DNA from: Candidatus Omnitrophota bacterium
GTDB taxonomy: Bacteria; Omnitrophota; Gorgyraeia; Gygaellales; JAHJCI01
Reading direction: 5' to 3'
DNA: 64,000 nt
Assembly: GCA_043812035.1 (NCBI GenBank)
Contig: JBDRMR010000001.1
Span: forward strand, 58-64,057
Made by a program: the position numbers and the translations under genes. Positions 61,370-64,000 of this stretch are shown here, in pieces. The notes beneath the pieces were generated by a model. The model saw nothing but the letters and a program-made list of their open reading frames with translations. It searched no databases and was not told the origin of the DNA. The first letter of the stretch is position 1. Every line of letters begins with the position of its first letter.

Positions 61370-62388
61370 GTATCCCTCGCTTTTATCCGCTTCAGTAACT
61401 CTTGCCTCGAAGCAGTAGCCGTTCCGATTTTACTTACTACGATGCCTGCGGCAAAATTGGCGATGTGCGCAGCCTCCAGTCTGGTAGCTCCGCAAGCCAG
61501 ACTCAGGGTAAAGGCGGCAATCACCGTATCGCCGGCTCCGGAAACGTCAAATACCTCTTGGGCCTGAGTAGGAATATGGGTAATGCGGCTGCCTTCGAAT
61601 AGCCGCATTCCTTCTTCTCCTAATGTAATAAGAAGCGCGTTTAACTTGAGGTATTTCAACAACTCTCGCCCCGCGAGATTCAAATCTCTGTCGCTTAGCA
61701 ATCTATCAGTGTTAACCTTGAAGGTATTTGTGTTATCCTGCATTTTAAGGTTCCTCACCGCGCTCTCCGCCTCTTTGCGGTTGGGCGTAATGCAGGTTGT
61801 TCCGGCGTAATACTGAAAATGCTCCTCTTTCGGGTCAACGGTTATTATTATGCGTCCCTGTCTGGCTGATTCAATCACCCTTTTTGCCAACCAGCGGTTT
61901 ATTACGCCCTTGCCGTAATCCTCAATTATTATAGCATCGAATTTGCCGATGTTGCTGCGAATATAATCGTACAGTTTGATATTAATTCTGTCGGTCAACG
62001 ACTCGGTTTGCTCCCAATCCAATCTCACCACCTGCTGATGTCCGGCGATAATCCGGGTCTTAACCGTAGTGTGTCTCTTATTTACCAATAATACCCCTTC
62101 CCGCCGGATACCCTGCCTTTTTAATTCGGATAAAAGGATTTCTGCATTTTTATCTTTGCCTGCCACTCCGCAAAGAGAAACTCCCGCGCCCAGACTCTTG
62201 ATATTATTTGCCACATTGGCCGCACCGCCGAGCGCGTAAGAGCGCTTGTCTGCCCACACCACCGGCACCGGCGCTTCGGGCGAAATCCTGTGAACGTTAC
62301 CCCAGATATATTCATCCAGGATTAAGTCACCCAAAACCAGTATTTTCGCCCGGGGGAATCTTCTGATAATTTTTTTTAAATTTATCAT
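61351..62388 (-). CDS. rfaE1: D-glycero-D-manno-heptose-7-phosphate kinase (RfaE domain I)
   Basis: RISPEAPVPV, GGAANVA, DYGKG and VFDVSGAGDT motifs. Confidence 0.93.
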   Translation of the reverse strand: MINLKKIIRRFPRAKILVLGDLILDEYIWGNVHRISPEAPVPVVWADKRSYALGGAANVANNIKSLGAGVSLCGVAGKDKNAEILLSELKRQGIRREGVLLVNKRHTTVKTRIIAGHQQVVRLDWEQTESLTDRINIKLYDYIRSNIGKFDAIIIEDYGKGVINRWLAKRVIESARQGRIIITVDPKEEHFQYYAGTTCITPNRKEAESAVRNLKMQDNTNTFKVNTDRLLSDRDLNLAGRELLKYLKLNALLITLGEEGMRLFEGSRITHIPTQAQEVFDVSGAGDTVIAAFTLSLACGATRLEAAHIANFAAGIVVSKIGTATASRQELLKRIKARDTWMQSE

Positions 62389-63320
62389 TCCTTTATTTTC
62401 TCTATAACTGCCTGCGCCAGAAGCGGAAGCATAATCTCATGATGGCCGATAATGTAATAACCCCTGCCCCCCGTTAATACCGGGCGGCGCACTATGTTTT
62501 CCGACGGACGGTAGAGGTAAATCATATCAAAGTTTGCCGTAGTGAAATCCTTTACCTTAAACCCCAGATTTCTGGCGAGGTTCAGGGCTTTAAGGAACAC
62601 CTCGGGCAAGACTACCGCCGACCCGAAATTAAGCAAGACTCCTCCCTGATTCATCCTGGAGACTACCTCAACCAGGGTGCGAAAATCGCGCAGGCTACCC
62701 TCGGCAGTCAAGCCGGCATTAAAATCGGGATGCTGGTGGATTACGTCTGTTCCTATAGCCACGTGGACGGTCACCGGGATACCGAGTCTGCCGGCCTGGT
62801 AAATGATGCTTAGTTTCTTATAAGGCAATCTCTGCTTTGCCATTGCCTCGCCGATTGCCCGACCGATGCCCAAACCCTTAGCTACTCCGCGGGCTATTGC
62901 CTGATTTAGAAACTGCGCGGTCTTACGGTTCATGCCGAAGCTTCCGTTGCTGAGCAAAGCGGCTACGTCCTCGGAGGTCTTCCCTTGATAAGCAATCTCA
63001 AAATCATGAATTATTCCCGCTCCGTTTAAGCTGAGGCAGGTGATGATTTGTTTTTTGAGCAGCTCGATAATAACCGGATTCAGGCCGCATTTAATTACGT
63101 GCGCTCCGCACATGAATATCACCGGCTTGTTAATTCTTTCGGCTTTAATAATCGCCTGCGCTATGTTGCGCAGTTCCTTTCCCTTTAAAATATCAGGCAA
63201 TGAATTATAAAAATCAACAAAGCTCTTCTTTCGTTTCGGAGCGCCGGCGAAATCTGCCTTGTTGACCTTTAAGGCACCCGTCTTGGGCAAATAGGTTTTG
63301 ACTTTGTTAAAATTTATCAT
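62385..63320 (-). CDS. uncharacterised deoxyhypusine-synthase-like protein
   Basis: GAHVIKCG, HVAIGTD.IH, GSAVVLPEVFLKA and GHHEIMLPLL motifs. Confidence 0.65.
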   Translation of the reverse strand: MINFNKVKTYLPKTGALKVNKADFAGAPKRKKSFVDFYNSLPDILKGKELRNIAQAIIKAERINKPVIFMCGAHVIKCGLNPVIIELLKKQIITCLSLNGAGIIHDFEIAYQGKTSEDVAALLSNGSFGMNRKTAQFLNQAIARGVAKGLGIGRAIGEAMAKQRLPYKKLSIIYQAGRLGIPVTVHVAIGTDVIHQHPDFNAGLTAEGSLRDFRTLVEVVSRMNQGGVLLNFGSAVVLPEVFLKALNLARNLGFKVKDFTTANFDMIYLYRPSENIVRRPVLTGGRGYYIIGHHEIMLPLLAQAVIEKIKE

Positions 63321-63335
63321 TTTAGGTTAATTATT

Positions 63336-64000
63336 TTAGCACGATTTCAGAAGGGCGTCAATGGAATCCAATACCTTGTTTACGTCAATTTTGTGCATGC
63401 ACTCAACGGTATCAAATTTACACTCGGGGCTCCTGCAGGGACGACAGTCGATCCCTGCGCTTACTATCTTAAATTTGCCTGACCAGGGCCCGTATCTTTG
63501 CTCATCGCTTGGGCCGAATAACCCGACAACGGGAACGTCCAGATAGCTGGCTAATTGCAAAACCCCCGTATCGCACACAACTACCAGAGAGGACTGTTTC
63601 AGAAGGAAGGCGAGTTGAGCTAAATTTGTTAACCCCGCAAAATCAAAGATTTTGCCTCTTGCGTCAGAAATTCTTTCCCCCGCAAAACTAGTACAGCCAT
63701 CATAAATGTATTGGGTGAGTTCTTTGTCTTCTTCTCTACCGACAAGAATAACTGTATAATTCCTGGTCAAACTCCCGCAGAGTTGAACAAACTTCTCCCT
63801 GTCCCATCTGCGCGTTTTGCCTCCGGCAGCTGCACTTAAGATAATAATCTTATCGGCCTTGCCGATTTTGTTTTTTTGCAAAAGACTATCCATATAATCT
63901 TTGTCTTCCCGGCCGATAAAAAGAGATTTCGCTTCTGCCTTGCCGAAAGATTCCGGGTTCATTAATGCTTTCTGCAACCTGTAAAGATTTTGTTCTCTCA
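63336..64000 (-). CDS. glycosyltransferase family 9 (heptosyltransferase), 5'-partial
   Basis: DTGVLQLA, GLFGP and CRPC..C..CM motifs; the frame stays open to the window edge. Confidence 0.88.
   Translation of the reverse strand, partial: REQNLYRLQKALMNPESFGKAEAKSLFIGREDKDYMDSLLQKNKIGKADKIIILSAAAGGKTRRWDREKFVQLCGSLTRNYTVILVGREEDKELTQYIYDGCTSFAGERISDARGKIFDFAGLTNLAQLAFLLKQSSLVVVCDTGVLQLASYLDVPVVGLFGPSDEQRYGPWSGKFKIVSAGIDCRPCRSPECKFDTVECMHKIDVNKVLDSIDALLKSC

Noticed and set aside
63633-63690. GCAAAATC-AAA-GATTTTGC hairpin and CCCCGCAAAA direct repeat in GT9
   Set aside because: It is short, overlaps the normal IFDFAG motif, and cannot be told from chance without orthologue alignment.

Overview
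A 64 kb core-genome window from an anaerobic diderm bacterium. Gene content and order suggest Candidatus Omnitrophota, but that assignment is inference. All ~66 real genes lie on the minus strand and are tightly packed or overlapping. In transcription order they are: LPS/Kdo/Lpt genes, tig-clpP, serine genes interrupted by a PilZ-PilT fusion, purA, glycogen genes, uppS-cdsA-dxr-rseP-ispG-proS-rimP-nusA-infB-trpS-scpA-ruvB-tgt-trmD-rplS-rnhB, a Wood-Ljungdahl cluster (fhs, fchA, folD, metF, cooS, cooF, acsB), polA-glgA-coaE-rho-rpmE-prfA-prmC-murA, trpGDCF and rpsO-pnp. I saw no rRNA, tRNA, CRISPR or transposase. The most unusual signal is a dense layer of short non-autonomous repeats. (1) Six intergenic elements built from 7-bp tandem arrays (TAGCGTA-type), mostly as inverted arms, fill the space from one gene's stop codon to a point 5-7 nt before an SD-less start codon in four cases. 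(2) Other 7-bp arrays and several palindrome families sit in frame inside core housekeeping genes (tgt, prmC, ispG, rimP, prfA, dxr) or supply their stop codons. (3) One multi-hairpin element is shared by the leaders of rpsO and rpmE. All calls come from reading the sequence and the ORF track; no searches were run.
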